NCBI GenBank assembly: GCA_045593745.1
Contig: JAZNXF010000012.1
Span: 21,575-85,574 of the forward strand
Length of the DNA stretch: 64,000 nt
Source of the DNA: Elusimicrobiaceae bacterium
GTDB lineage: Bacteria; Elusimicrobiota; Elusimicrobia; Elusimicrobiales; Elusimicrobiaceae
Direction: 5' to 3'
Below, one piece after another: positions 1 through 9,451 of this stretch (positions are counted from its first letter, which is position 1; each line of letters starts with the position of its first letter). The notes under the pieces are model-generated. The model saw nothing but the letters and a program-made list of their open reading frames with translations, did not search any database and was not told where the DNA came from. Both the position numbers and the translations under genes were made by a program.

Positions 1-3000
1 TCTGTCAGTGCAACAGCCATGACTCGGAAAGTTGTCAGGTTGTCGGGCAGTTCAAATGATACGGTGCCGCGGCCCTTTTGGTCGGTCTGTACAGCGGCCT
101 GAAAATAAGGCGTAAATTCAAAGCGCGAGCGCATATCTGTTCCGGCTAATTTGCTGTTAGCCGCTCCGCCACCGCCGCGGTTTTCACCTTTTTCGCCAAA
201 ACTGCGCTGGCCAATGACATACGCGCGGTTATCTACGGTAAATACAGAAAGCGGTTTAGAACCGTAGAAGAAATCAAACGGATCCGGCGTTTTGTAGTTA
301 GTAAGGGCCAGCACTCCCTCATCTACCACCATTACAGCCACTTCTGCCGCTACCGGTTTGCCGTTTGCCTTCGTCGTTAAATTGACAATGGCGCGTTGAC
401 CCGGGCGATAGATTTTGCCGTCGGTTTTGAGAGTGGTGGTAAGGCGTTTTTTATCCGCAATGACATTTAAATTCACATACCCGATTTTGCCTTGCGGCTT
501 CCCCAAGTCCGCTTCGTGCGTGGCGGGCTTATCGGTGCGGCCTTCTATGGCAAGTACGCTGACATATACATTGGGTAAATAATTTTCTTTTATGGGTACT
601 TCTACATAACCTTCCCCGCCTTTTAGCGTAACGGTCCAGGCATCTAAAATACCTTCGCGCTCTACGCTGACCAACGCACGCGTTGTGGCAAATGGGGACT
701 GGACCCGGATGCGCGCTTTCTGCCCTACTTTATACTCCTGTTTGTTGGCAGTTAACGGCAAGATGTCATCTTCGCGTTGTTTGGCATAGGCATTTGACTC
801 GCCATATACATACACATCAATGCCGCCTTGAACGGTGCGGCCAAACAAATCTTTGGCTGTAAACTTGACATAATACGCCCCGCCGTCTTGCGGCATAAAG
901 GACATCACCGTCCCTTTTTTACCGACGGTAAACGTTTGGGAAGGAAGCGGCGTAACTTTGCGCTCACTGACCCATTCCAACCGCCCGGCCAGGCCTACTT
1001 TGCGTACGCTAAAATATTCTTCTTTGTAGATTTCTGCCGTTACGGTGGTCTCCGTGGCGGCCCCTTGCGGGGTAACGGCTACTACGTCCAGTTCTACCGG
1101 GGTGCCGGCCTGGTTCGTTTCCTTAACGGTTTTAGCCCCAATGTAGATATCCGCCGGGTGGACTAACACGGAGGTGCGTTTAAATAAATGCTGGCGGGCC
1201 GGGGACTCTATTTCAATTTCCCCATACACGCGCACCGGCATTTCTGTTGTAGGCATTTTGGCGGCAAATAACAGGCCGCCGCGTGAATCTAATTTCCCAG
1301 ACGCATTTAAAAGAAGTTTGCCGTTTTCTTGCGCAAAATTGCGTTGCAAGAAGTAGGGGGTAAACGTATATTTTTCATATCCTTTGGGGGTAAACCAAGT
1401 GTTCTCCCGCCGCAAGGTCCATTGGGCTTTGGCCCCGGATAGAGCAGAGCCAAAATAATATTGCGCCGCCGCGGAGAAGGTGGCTTCCTGCCCGCCTACA
1501 TATTCGGAAGAATCCGGTTGCAAGGTGATGTTAAAATCGGCAGGTTTTACAGGATCTACCTGGAAAGAAGCATACGAGGCCTGCAGGGTTTTGCCTTTTA
1601 CTTGCGGCTCAAACGATAAATCCCAATACCCGGAGGGGGCATCTTCCGGCAAGGTAAAAGACGTACTAAACGACCCCCATTGGCTGGAAAGTGAAATATT
1701 CTTTTTCCAAAGTTCTTCCCCGCGTGCGTCGTGCAATACCAGGGTTCCTTTGGCCCCTGTAGGAACCGTTAAATTGCCCTCTTGTGCAAGGCGCATTATG
1801 CCCTTTACATACACCGTTTCTCCCGGGCGGTAAATGCCGCGTTCGGTAAACAAGAATGTGTTTGGGTTTTCTTGCGATGGGTCATAGGCATAACTGATAT
1901 TAAATCGCCAGGGTTCCGTACCGTTATTCCATAAATTACTGACAACGGCATCTCCTCCTTCACTGCTGACAAACGCATACAGCATCGGTTGCCCCCATTG
2001 GGCGGCGGGAACATTTAGTTTGTTCCAACCCGGGGCCAGGGCCAGGCCGTTTTGGTCTGTAGTACCTTGCCAGACAATCTGGTTGTCTTTGTTACGCAGT
2101 TGCACAGCAAGACCGGCAAGCGGTTCGGCTGTTTTTAAAGAAGTGGCCCATACTAAAATATTTTCGCCGGACGTTTTAAAACTTACGCCCACATCCGTAA
2201 TATTATCCGTAGAAGAAACCCAGCAATCTTTGTCCTCCCGCGGAAGTTTTAATTGGCTAAAAATAATACTGTCCGTAGCGGTGGGGTGAAAGCGGGATAA
2301 ATCAATAAAAGTTTTATCCGTTTTATCTTTAACATCCTTAAATTTATAATCCCCCGCAAAAGCCGTTTGCGTTAGCGGCTTTTTGGCACAGTAGGAAGTT
2401 TCCTGTCTGTCAAACGGAATAAAATTATCTTTGTTAAACCGGGCCGTCTCCAGGGCAATAGCCGGGATGTTCATAAGCGAAATCGGCAACCGTGCCGGTA
2501 AGTAACTTTCCAGCACGCCAAAACCGTCCGAGGAAAAATCTACCGCCGGGCAATAGCCGGAAGTGGAAATGGTAAACGACACTTCCGTATCAGACACGTT
2601 TCCAAAAATATCTTTCATCCCTTTGGTAAGGGTCACTTGGACCGGCTTTTGCGGCTCTACGTTAATAAAAGACAAATACTGCGTAAAATATGCTTCCCCG
2701 GTTTTGGGGTTGGTATATTCGGAACCGACGGATTCTTTTTCCTGATCCGTAAGGGCACGTTTGGCCTCTGCCGGTACAGTAACCACATGGTTCCACAATT
2801 CACGTTTGCGCACAGGGGTGGACAACTGCACTTGCGGCGTAAACGGCAAGCACCCGGAAGAAACGACGTTATACACGTCTAACGCCGGGTATGTGTAAAA
2901 GGTAGACGTATAATCCTGCGCCATACCCGCATTACCCATTTGGGCCGGAAGACCGGCACGCAACGTAAGTGTGTAGGCAAGACCGGGTAAGAGGGGATCG

Positions 3001-3629
3001 GTGGGTTGGATAGCCACGATGCGCGCTTGTTCTTGAGCAGATAAATAATCAAAATATTTTTTGAGTTCTTCGGGGGTCGGGGTGCGTAACAAGGTGGGTA
3101 CTAACCCTTTGCGCTTGCCACGCGGATAAGTAAGTGCCACAAATTCACCTGCACGTGAAAGATCCAACGGCAGGGAAGTTTGTATAAATAGGGTAGGGGT
3201 TAAACCAATCCAGTGCTCGTCTTTATAAGGAAGAACAGATAACACCTGCGGTACTTGGGTAGTAAACGAAAAGGAATACGGTTGCAACATCTTTTTGCCG
3301 GATACCTGCGAGGTAAAACCTTTGGGTACGCGCACCGTAAAGCGTGTGGCGGCAGGCCAATTTTCCGCCGGTTCAAACTGGGCCGTTTGCGTGCCGCTGT
3401 AACGGCAGGAACCGGCAACATGGGGCGTAATGGTAAATGGGCAATCTGCTCCGTCAAACTGGGTATCTTCCCCCAGAGCCACCACCGGCTGGTTAAAATG
3501 AACCTCTACGGCCTGACGGCCCAGGTTATCCGTCTGCCCCTTAGGCGTAGCGGATAATACTTTAAGCGGTGCGGCATGTGCAACACCAAAACAACCTGCA
3601 AATAAGGCAAGTAATAAAATTTTTTTCAT
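1..3629 (-). CDS. Alpha-2-macroglobulin family protein (5' part; runs off the left edge of the window)
   Basis: ATG at 3629 with GGGGGA RBS; signal peptide MKKILLLALFAGCFGVAHA; hand translation near base 1 gives RSRFEFTPYFQAAVQTDQKGRGTVSFELPDNLTTFRVMAVA, typical of bacterial A2M. Missing from the ORF track because there is no stop in the window. Confidence 0.9.
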   Translation of the reverse strand, partial: MKKILLLALFAGCFGVAHAAPLKVLSATPKGQTDNLGRQAVEVHFNQPVVALGEDTQFDGADCPFTITPHVAGSCRYSGTQTAQFEPAENWPAATRFTVRVPKGFTSQVSGKKMLQPYSFSFTTQVPQVLSVLPYKDEHWIGLTPTLFIQTSLPLDLSRAGEFVALTYPRGKRKGLVPTLLRTPTPEELKKYFDYLSAQEQARIVAIQPTDPLLPGLAYTLTLRAGLPAQMGNAGMAQDYTSTFYTYPALDVYNVVSSGCLPFTPQVQLSTPVRKRELWNHVVTVPAEAKRALTDQEKESVGSEYTNPKTGEAYFTQYLSFINVEPQKPVQVTLTKGMKDIFGNVSDTEVSFTISTSGYCPAVDFSSDGFGVLESYLPARLPISLMNIPAIALETARFNKDNFIPFDRQETSYCAKKPLTQTAFAGDYKFKDVKDKTDKTFIDLSRFHPTATDSIIFSQLKLPREDKDCWVSSTDNITDVGVSFKTSGENILVWATSLKTAEPLAGLAVQLRNKDNQIVWQGTTDQNGLALAPGWNKLNVPAAQWGQPMLYAFVSSEGGDAVVSNLWNNGTEPWRFNISYAYDPSQENPNTFLFTERGIYRPGETVYVKGIMRLAQEGNLTVPTGAKGTLVLHDARGEELWKKNISLSSQWGSFSTSFTLPEDAPSGYWDLSFEPQVKGKTLQASYASFQVDPVKPADFNITLQPDSSEYVGGQEATFSAAAQYYFGSALSGAKAQWTLRRENTWFTPKGYEKYTFTPYFLQRNFAQENGKLLLNASGKLDSRGGLLFAAKMPTTEMPVRVYGEIEIESPARQHLFKRTSVLVHPADIYIGAKTVKETNQAGTPVELDVVAVTPQGAATETTVTAEIYKEEYFSVRKVGLAGRLEWVSERKVTPLPSQTFTVGKKGTVMSFMPQDGGAYYVKFTAKDLFGRTVQGGIDVYVYGESNAYAKQREDDILPLTANKQEYKVGQKARIRVQSPFATTRALVSVEREGILDAWTVTLKGGEGYVEVPIKENYLPNVYVSVLAIEGRTDKPATHEADLGKPQGKIGYVNLNVIADKKRLTTTLKTDGKIYRPGQRAIVNLTTKANGKPVAAEVAVMVVDEGVLALTNYKTPDPFDFFYGSKPLSVFTVDNRAYVIGQRSFGEKGENRGGGGAANSKLAGTDMRSRFEFTPYFQAAVQTDQKGRGTVSFELPDNLTTFRVMAVALT

Positions 3630-3842
3630 TATAAGTCCCCCTTGGCTAAATTTTAGCATTTTATCAACGAATAAATAAACAACAACTTACCCTCCAAATT
3701 GGGCAAAAATGTGCAGGATTGCGCAAAAGTTTTAGTACAAAGTAGGAAGAAATTATGTAAAATAAAAAAGTAGCAAAAAAATTTATTCTGTTTTTGGAAT
3801 CCTATGAAGAATAGGAGAGGGTTTCGGGTTAAACCGAAAAAC

Positions 3843-4005
3843 GCTCTAGCCGCCAAAGACAACCAGTATAGACACAAAGCGAAAGGACTTCGAACCCTTT
3901 TGCTTTGTGTCGAATGTTTATCGTTTTGCTTTTGAACAAATGATAAATTACGGCTGTTGGTTGTTAGGTTCTGGCTAGAGCACTTGCACCTGACAGCCGT
4001 TTTTT
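3843..4005 (+). ncRNA. Candidate cis-regulatory structured leader RNA (attenuator/riboswitch-like), copy A
   Basis: GCTCTAGCC/GGCTAGAGC outer stem, GACACAAAGC/GCTTTGTGTC hairpin, GAATG (3912), second hairpin, TACGGCTGTT (3949), ACAGCCGT followed by a T-run (3993-4005). The same fold occurs before all four pilin genes. Confidence 0.8.
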
Positions 4006-4052
4006 ATGGGGTTTTGACAGATAAATTGAATTTAACGGTAAAGGAGTAATGT

Positions 4053-4724
4053 ATGCAACATAGAAATACCCGGCGGGGTTTTACGCAACAAGAAAAAGAG
4101 GCCGTTATCTGTTCCCCTTGTGGGGAAAGTGTCGCGCAAGCGACAAAAGAGGGGCAAAATAAGGAAAAATCCTTATGGCCCCTCCTACCCCGCCTAACGG
4201 CGGTACTCCCTCCACAAGGGCGGGAGATGTCCTGGGGTTTTACGCTTATTGAATTACTGGTAGTAGTGTTAATTATTGGTATTTTGGCGGCGGTGGCCCT
4301 GCCGCAGTACCAAAAGGCCGTGGAAAAAAGTAGGATTGCGGAGGTAAAAATAGCATTAGATACTTTGCAAAAAGCAGTAGATCTTTATTTGCTTGAAAAT
4401 GGTTATCCTTCATCGGGTATTGTCTATTTTGTAGGAGAATCCTCTGCAGAAGATGCTACAAATGTCTCGTTGGATTTGGATATTACCAAAAGTATGGTTT
4501 GTTATGCTCCAGAAGATCCTTTTTGTGTAACAGATCACTTTTCTTATGATGCTTACTGCGAACCTTGGGGGTGTATTGTGGGTGCGGGGGATATTGATGT
4601 AAAGAATGCTGAAGAGTATTTGCGTAGTGATTACGACCGATATCGTTTGAGGTCAACAAAAAGCGCAGATACGAATCAATGGGTTAGAGAATGTATAGAT
4701 TGCCCTTCTTATGTAGAATGGTAA
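4053..4724 (+). CDS. Type IV pilin (PilE-like) with extended leader
   Basis: G|[29 protein letters not shown]-methylation motif; AAGGAG RBS. Confidence 0.92.
   Translation: MQHRNTRRGFTQQEKEAVICSPCGESVAQATKEGQNKEKSLWPLLPRLTAVLPPQGREMSWGFTLIELLVVVLIIGILAAVALPQYQKAVEKSRIAEVKIALDTLQKAVDLYLLENGYPSSGIVYFVGESSAEDATNVSLDLDITKSMVCYAPEDPFCVTDHFSYDAYCEPWGCIVGAGDIDVKNAEEYLRSDYDRYRLRSTKSADTNQWVRECIDCPSYVEW
4111..4227. repeat. Palindromic REP/MITE-like element inserted in frame in the pilin leader
   Basis: Multi-hairpin TTCCCC..GGGGAA / GAGGGGC..GCCCCTC / CTCCCT..AGGG architecture; flanked by the 12-bp direct repeat GGGGTTTTACGC (4075-4086, 4234-4245); related copy at 34475-34577. Confidence 0.75.
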
Positions 4725-4980
4725 GTCAGTCAAATAATTTAAGCAAGTAGGAAATCCCCGATAGAGTCCTTCGGGGATGATCCTTTATTTAAATACTCCC
4801 TTATCCGCCCATAAGGGGCGCACTGTTCCTCAAGGGCGATGGGAACAACGCCACCGCAACAGGGCGGTTGTGTAAAATACCCTAAATTTGGCCTATTAGC
4901 TCTTAAAACAAATACCCCCTGCCAGCTGGACAGGGGGTTACTAACTAATTCGGAGTTTCCAAATTACTCGTTACAAGTAA

Positions 4981-5370
4981 TTATTTCGCCTCGGTGGCCG
5001 CTACTTCAGTATTTTCTTCGGTTGTGGCGGTCGGTTTTTTAAGTTCTTGCAAGCGCGCGGCTTTGCCGGAGAGTTTGGTTAAGTAGTTCAGTTTTGCGCG
5101 GCGTACTTTACCAACTTTAAGCACTTCAATGCTGTCCACGCGGGGGGAGTGAATCGGAAAAATGCGTTCCACGCCCACGCCAAAGGATACTTTGCGTACG
5201 GTAAAGGTTTCCCCAATGCCGGACCCTTTGCGCGCAATGACTACACCGTCAAAGGTTTGTAAGCGTTCGTTGTCACCTTCTACTACTTTTACTTTCACGC
5301 GGACTGTATCGCCCGCTTTAAAAACCGGGATGTTGGTTTTTAAGTTATGTTTAATATCACTAATGTTCAT
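4981..5370 (-). CDS. rplS: 50S ribosomal protein L19
   Basis: [16 protein letters not shown]...[18 protein letters not shown]; follows trmD. Confidence 0.97.
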   Translation of the reverse strand: MNISDIKHNLKTNIPVFKAGDTVRVKVKVVEGDNERLQTFDGVVIARKGSGIGETFTVRKVSFGVGVERIFPIHSPRVDSIEVLKVGKVRRAKLNYLTKLSGKAARLQELKKPTATTEENTEVAATEAK

Positions 5371-5375
5371 AAATT

Positions 5376-6095
5376 TTACTTCCTCCGAATATTTTTCTTC
5401 GTTCGGACTGTTTTCTTTGGTTGAGAGGCGTTTTCAAGCAAATCAGGCCGAAACTGTTTTGTAATTTCTAGTGATTGTGCATGTTTCCATGCGGCAATCT
5501 CTTTATGGTTTCCGTTTAAAAGCACTTGCGGAACGCGCTTACCGCGCCAAACTTCCGGGCGGGTGTATTGCGGGGCTTCCAACAAACTGCCCTCAAACGA
5601 CTCAGAAGACGTTACGTCTTCCTTCTTAAAAGTTCCCTTTTGAAGACGCGTAATAGCATCAATCATTACGCACGCGGCAAGTTCCCCGCCGGTTAAAATA
5701 TAGTCCCCTAAAGAAACTTCTTCATCCACCTCCGGATAAATCCGGGCGTCAATTCCTTCATAGTGTCCGCACACAATAATGAGGTGGCGTTTTTTGGCAA
5801 AGCGTTTGGCCATTTCCTGGCTAAATACCTGCCCGCGCGGACTGGTTAACACCACGTGCGACGACTTTTTGCGCAGTTTGTTAATGGCTTGGTAGAGCGG
5901 TTCTGCCATCATTAACATCCCGGGCCCGCCGCCGTAGGGGCGGTCGTCAATCGTTTTGTGCTTGTCCGTGGTAAACTCCCGCGGACTTAAGGTGCCCAGT
6001 TTTATTATCCCTGCTTTTCGCGCACGCCCCACAATGCTTTGTGAAAGCGTATTGTCTACTAAATCGCCAAAGGCAGTGATAACGTCAATTTTCAT
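5376..6095 (-). CDS. trmD: tRNA (guanine-N1)-methyltransferase
   Basis: [32 protein letters not shown] motifs. Confidence 0.97.
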   Translation of the reverse strand: MKIDVITAFGDLVDNTLSQSIVGRARKAGIIKLGTLSPREFTTDKHKTIDDRPYGGGPGMLMMAEPLYQAINKLRKKSSHVVLTSPRGQVFSQEMAKRFAKKRHLIIVCGHYEGIDARIYPEVDEEVSLGDYILTGGELAACVMIDAITRLQKGTFKKEDVTSSESFEGSLLEAPQYTRPEVWRGKRVPQVLLNGNHKEIAAWKHAQSLEITKQFRPDLLENASQPKKTVRTKKNIRRK

Positions 6096-6328
6096 TCATC
6101 TTCCAGCTTTAAAGTAACTTTTTTGTCTTGGTTAACAGCGGCGGCAGTAAGCACTGTGCGTACTGCTTTAATAATGCAACCGTCTTTTCCAATGATGCGT
6201 CCTTTATCTGCTGTGTCCACCTTGGTGGACAGAAAAACCCGGTTATTCTCCTCAATCGTCTCATTGACTACCACCTTATCCGGCGTGCCGGAGAGCGATT
6301 TTAAGAGCAGGGTGGCTAAATCTTTCAT
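6092..6328 (-). CDS. khpA: KH-domain RNA-binding protein (UPF0109)
   Basis: DKGRIIGKDG KH motif; located between rpsP and trmD. Confidence 0.88.
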   Translation of the reverse strand: MKDLATLLLKSLSGTPDKVVVNETIEENNRVFLSTKVDTADKGRIIGKDGCIIKAVRTVLTAAAVNQDKKVTLKLEDE

Positions 6329-6340
6329 GCGGCCCCCGGG

Positions 6341-6589
6341 TTATTTTGCGCTGGCTTTTTTAATTAAGTTGGCTACTGTTAGCGAGGGCTTGGCGCCTAC
6401 TTTCATCCAGTATTCCACGCGCGGCATGTCCAATTTTACTTGTTCAGCGGCGTTGGGGTTGCAAGGATGGTATTGGCCGAGCACTTCTTTGGCTTCACTG
6501 CCCACGGCGGATTTTTTTTCAATCGCCACTACTCTGTACTGCGGCTGGGCTTTTTTGCCAACCCGTTGTAATCTAATTACTACTGCCAT
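6341..6589 (-). CDS. rpsP: 30S ribosomal protein S16
   Basis: MAVVIRLQRVGKKAQPQYRVV; real start at ATG 6589 after AAGGAG. Confidence 0.95.
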   Translation of the reverse strand: MAVVIRLQRVGKKAQPQYRVVAIEKKSAVGSEAKEVLGQYHPCNPNAAEQVKLDMPRVEYWMKVGAKPSLTVANLIKKASAK

Positions 6590-6629
6590 GTATGTCTCCT
6601 TATATTTGCTTTTACTCAGTAAAAGCGGT

Positions 6630-7322
6630 TTAAATTGCCGGGGCCTGTCTAATTTGCTTGAGGGCCAATTCAGGATCCGCGGACGAAAAAATTGCATTAC
6701 CGGCTACTAACGCATTAGCCCCTGCCTGTACGGCTATGGGGGCGGTTTGCGCGTTAATACCGCCGTCTACTTCCAACCAAATATTTTTGCCGGAAGCGTT
6801 AATGAGTTGGCGTACTTGGCGGATTTGTTGCGGGGCACTTTCTAAAAATGCCTGCCCGCCAAAACCCGGGTATACGCTCATCACTAAAACCAAATCCAAC
6901 TCATCCGTTAGCGGTTGTAAAATAGCAGGGTCCGTATCGGGTTTAATAGAAACCCCTGTTTTTACACCCAGTGCTTTAATGGCACGCAACGTCTGGCGGG
7001 TGTCATCCTTAGATTCTACATGGATGGTTAATAAGTCCGCCCCGGCGTTGGCAAAGGCCTCAATAAACCGGGCCGGATACTCCACCATTAAATGCACGTC
7101 TAACGGTAAATCAGTAAATTTATTCAAAGAACGTACGAGCGCAGGGCCGAAACTTAAATTCGGCACAAAATGCCCATCCATAATATCCACATGCAACCAA
7201 TCTGCCCCGGCGTTCTGCACCATTTGGACGGCTTGCCCAAGCGCACATAAATCCGCAGACAAAATAGAAGGTGCTACTGCTATTTTACCATTTATAAGGG
7301 GCATTTTGGAAGTGTTTTTCAT
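6630..7322 (-). CDS. rpe: Ribulose-phosphate 3-epimerase
   Basis: APSILSAD, HVDIMDGHFVPN, MSVYPGFGGQ, EVDGGIN. Confidence 0.97.
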   Translation of the reverse strand: MKNTSKMPLINGKIAVAPSILSADLCALGQAVQMVQNAGADWLHVDIMDGHFVPNLSFGPALVRSLNKFTDLPLDVHLMVEYPARFIEAFANAGADLLTIHVESKDDTRQTLRAIKALGVKTGVSIKPDTDPAILQPLTDELDLVLVMSVYPGFGGQAFLESAPQQIRQVRQLINASGKNIWLEVDGGINAQTAPIAVQAGANALVAGNAIFSSADPELALKQIRQAPAI

Positions 7323-8317
7323 TTTACTTCACGTTCCCGTACCAAAATTCCGTCCACAAACACGCGTATCGTGGCGGCCCCGGTATAGGGAATTTCTACA
7401 TCAATTTTGGAGCCGGGCTGGTGCATCTGGTTCATTAAATCTGTCTCCCCGGTCATGTCTACCACGTTTACACGCACCAAACTGTCTTTCTTTCCTTGCG
7501 GTAATTCATAATGTAAGTGGTAGGTTTTTTCATCATCTGCCGTAGCGCGGCGGCTGACGGTTACTTGTACGTTGGAACCGGGCGGAATTTGGCTGTCTGC
7601 CTGCGGATATTGTTCTGCAATAATTCCGTTGGGGAAGGCAGATTCCGGGTCTTCTTTAATAATTAAATTGACGTCTTGCGTACTGCCCCATAAGGTGGCC
7701 TGTGCCAGTTTTTTACCTTTAAAATTAGGTACTAAAATAACACTGGCTGGCGGCATGCCGTTTGAAGAAACCAACATGACAGCCGTTCCTTTTTGTACCA
7801 TGCTGTCCGCTTGCGGGGTTTGGGAAATAATTTGGCCCTTGGCGTAGGTAAGCGAGTAGGCATTTTCCACTTTCGTTACATTAAGGCCTGCCTTGCGGAT
7901 AGCCAGTTGTGCTTCCCGCAGGGTAGTGCCTACCGTGTTGGGGACAAATACCATTTCATCCCCTTGGCTAATCCATAACCGAATGACGCGCCCTTCCCGC
8001 ACGGTGGAACCGGCAGAGGGAATTTGGCGCAACACGGAACCGGGGGCAACGTCTTGGGCAAATTCCACCCCGGCCTGTTTGGCGGCTAAATTTTGTTTGG
8101 CTAATAAATCAAGGGCCTGGGAAACCGATTTTTTAGTTAAATCCGGCACGGTTACTTCTTTGCGGGTATGAATAAGCGCACCCAACACCCAGTCGGCCGA
8201 CACAATAATCAGGCCAGCAAAAAATAAAAAAATCATACCGATAATAAGCCACTTCATCCGGCGTGGTTTTTTTGATGTTTTCAAAAATTCGTCAAAATTT
8301 TCTTCGTTAGTTGGCAT
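7319..8317 (-). CDS. Membrane-anchored PASTA-domain protein
   Basis: N-terminal TM segment followed by three VP(D/N)xxG-type PASTA repeats. Confidence 0.85.
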   Translation of the reverse strand: MPTNEENFDEFLKTSKKPRRMKWLIIGMIFLFFAGLIIVSADWVLGALIHTRKEVTVPDLTKKSVSQALDLLAKQNLAAKQAGVEFAQDVAPGSVLRQIPSAGSTVREGRVIRLWISQGDEMVFVPNTVGTTLREAQLAIRKAGLNVTKVENAYSLTYAKGQIISQTPQADSMVQKGTAVMLVSSNGMPPASVILVPNFKGKKLAQATLWGSTQDVNLIIKEDPESAFPNGIIAEQYPQADSQIPPGSNVQVTVSRRATADDEKTYHLHYELPQGKKDSLVRVNVVDMTGETDLMNQMHQPGSKIDVEIPYTGAATIRVFVDGILVREREVK

Positions 8318-9263
8318 TGTCTATAAACACCGTTTCCTGTAGTTTTATCCCGCGGCCGTTGGCAAAATCATACGCGGACATCATTTTTTTCCCGGCGGGT
8401 TGTAACTGCGTAAGCCACAACGCTCCTTCTTTACATTTTACTAAAATTCCATTTTTCCGTTCAATAGCTAGGATTGTTCCGGGCGTTGCTTTGTCATCCG
8501 TTTGGGTTGGAAGGGCACTCACTACTTGCACCCATTCTGCCTTTCCTTTATGGATAAAAGGAACTTTGGGTTTAGGCCCGCAGGCAAGGCCGCGCACGCG
8601 GTTGTGCAATTGGTATGCTGTTAAATCAGCCGGCCGCAAGAGCGCGTCCTCTTTTTGTAACATAGGCGCGGCGGTGGGTTCGCCCACTTGTGGGGTTTGT
8701 ACCTGTTCCCCATGTTGAATGCGGGTGAGTGCTTCTTGTAAACCTTCCAGACCAAGGGGAATAAGTTTTTCAAATAAGGTTTGTGCGTTATCTTCCGGCA
8801 AAATATCCAGTTCTTTTTGCAAGAATAGCGGGCCGTCATCCATCCCCGGGCGAATCCAAAATACAGAAATCCCGGTTTTAGTGTACCCTTGCATTAACGC
8901 CTGTTGCACAGGGGCCGCACCGCGTAGTTTGGGAAGTAGTGAAAAGTGTACGTTCAAAATGCCCAGTTTGGGCAGAGCCAAAAAATCCGGGCGGAAAATT
9001 TTCCCATACGCCACCGCAATGCCCAAGTCAAAGGGGGTAGCGGCAATTTTGTCAAAATCGTCTTTTAGTTTTTCGGGGGATAAAACAGGTACACCCAGTT
9101 CCAACGCGCGCTGTTTTACCGGGCAAGGGGAAACTTCCATTCCGCGTCCGCGCGGCTTATCGGCCTGGGTAACGGTTAGTTGCAAATCGGTCAAACGGTG
9201 TACTACTTCCAAGTAAGGTACAGCAAGTTGCGGCGTACCAAAGAAAATTGTTTTTAAAGTCAT
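8307..9263 (-). CDS. fmt: Methionyl-tRNA formyltransferase
   Basis: FFGTPQ, QADKPRGRG, NVHFSLLPKLRGAAP. Confidence 0.97.
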   Translation of the reverse strand: MTLKTIFFGTPQLAVPYLEVVHRLTDLQLTVTQADKPRGRGMEVSPCPVKQRALELGVPVLSPEKLKDDFDKIAATPFDLGIAVAYGKIFRPDFLALPKLGILNVHFSLLPKLRGAAPVQQALMQGYTKTGISVFWIRPGMDDGPLFLQKELDILPEDNAQTLFEKLIPLGLEGLQEALTRIQHGEQVQTPQVGEPTAAPMLQKEDALLRPADLTAYQLHNRVRGLACGPKPKVPFIHKGKAEWVQVVSALPTQTDDKATPGTILAIERKNGILVKCKEGALWLTQLQPAGKKMMSAYDFANGRGIKLQETVFIDNAN

Positions 9264-9451
9264 ATCAATATTTTATCAAAAAAATCACTTTATTTTGGGA
9301 GAGTGTTTTAAAAACGCTTGACGTGTTTTTTTTTTTTGATACACTGTGCCTTGTAATGATTGGGAGGGATTGAAGAACCCTTTGTGAAAAAATCGCCATA
9401 TAAACGATTTTGGAGCGTTTCTTGGAAGGAATATTATTGTGGGAGATGAAT

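Noticed and set aside
828-3557. Many short ORF-track entries overlapping the A2M gene
   Set aside because: They are shadows of the long minus-strand alpha-2-macroglobulin frame
3843-4005. Pilin leader as a known riboswitch (purine, c-di-GMP-I/II, glycine, T-box)
   Set aside because: The three-way junction with YTACG superficially recalls purine riboswitches, but the conserved L2/L3 kissing loops and GUUUCUAC joiner are absent. No GGCAAA/GNRA-receptor, kink-turn or T-box motifs were seen.
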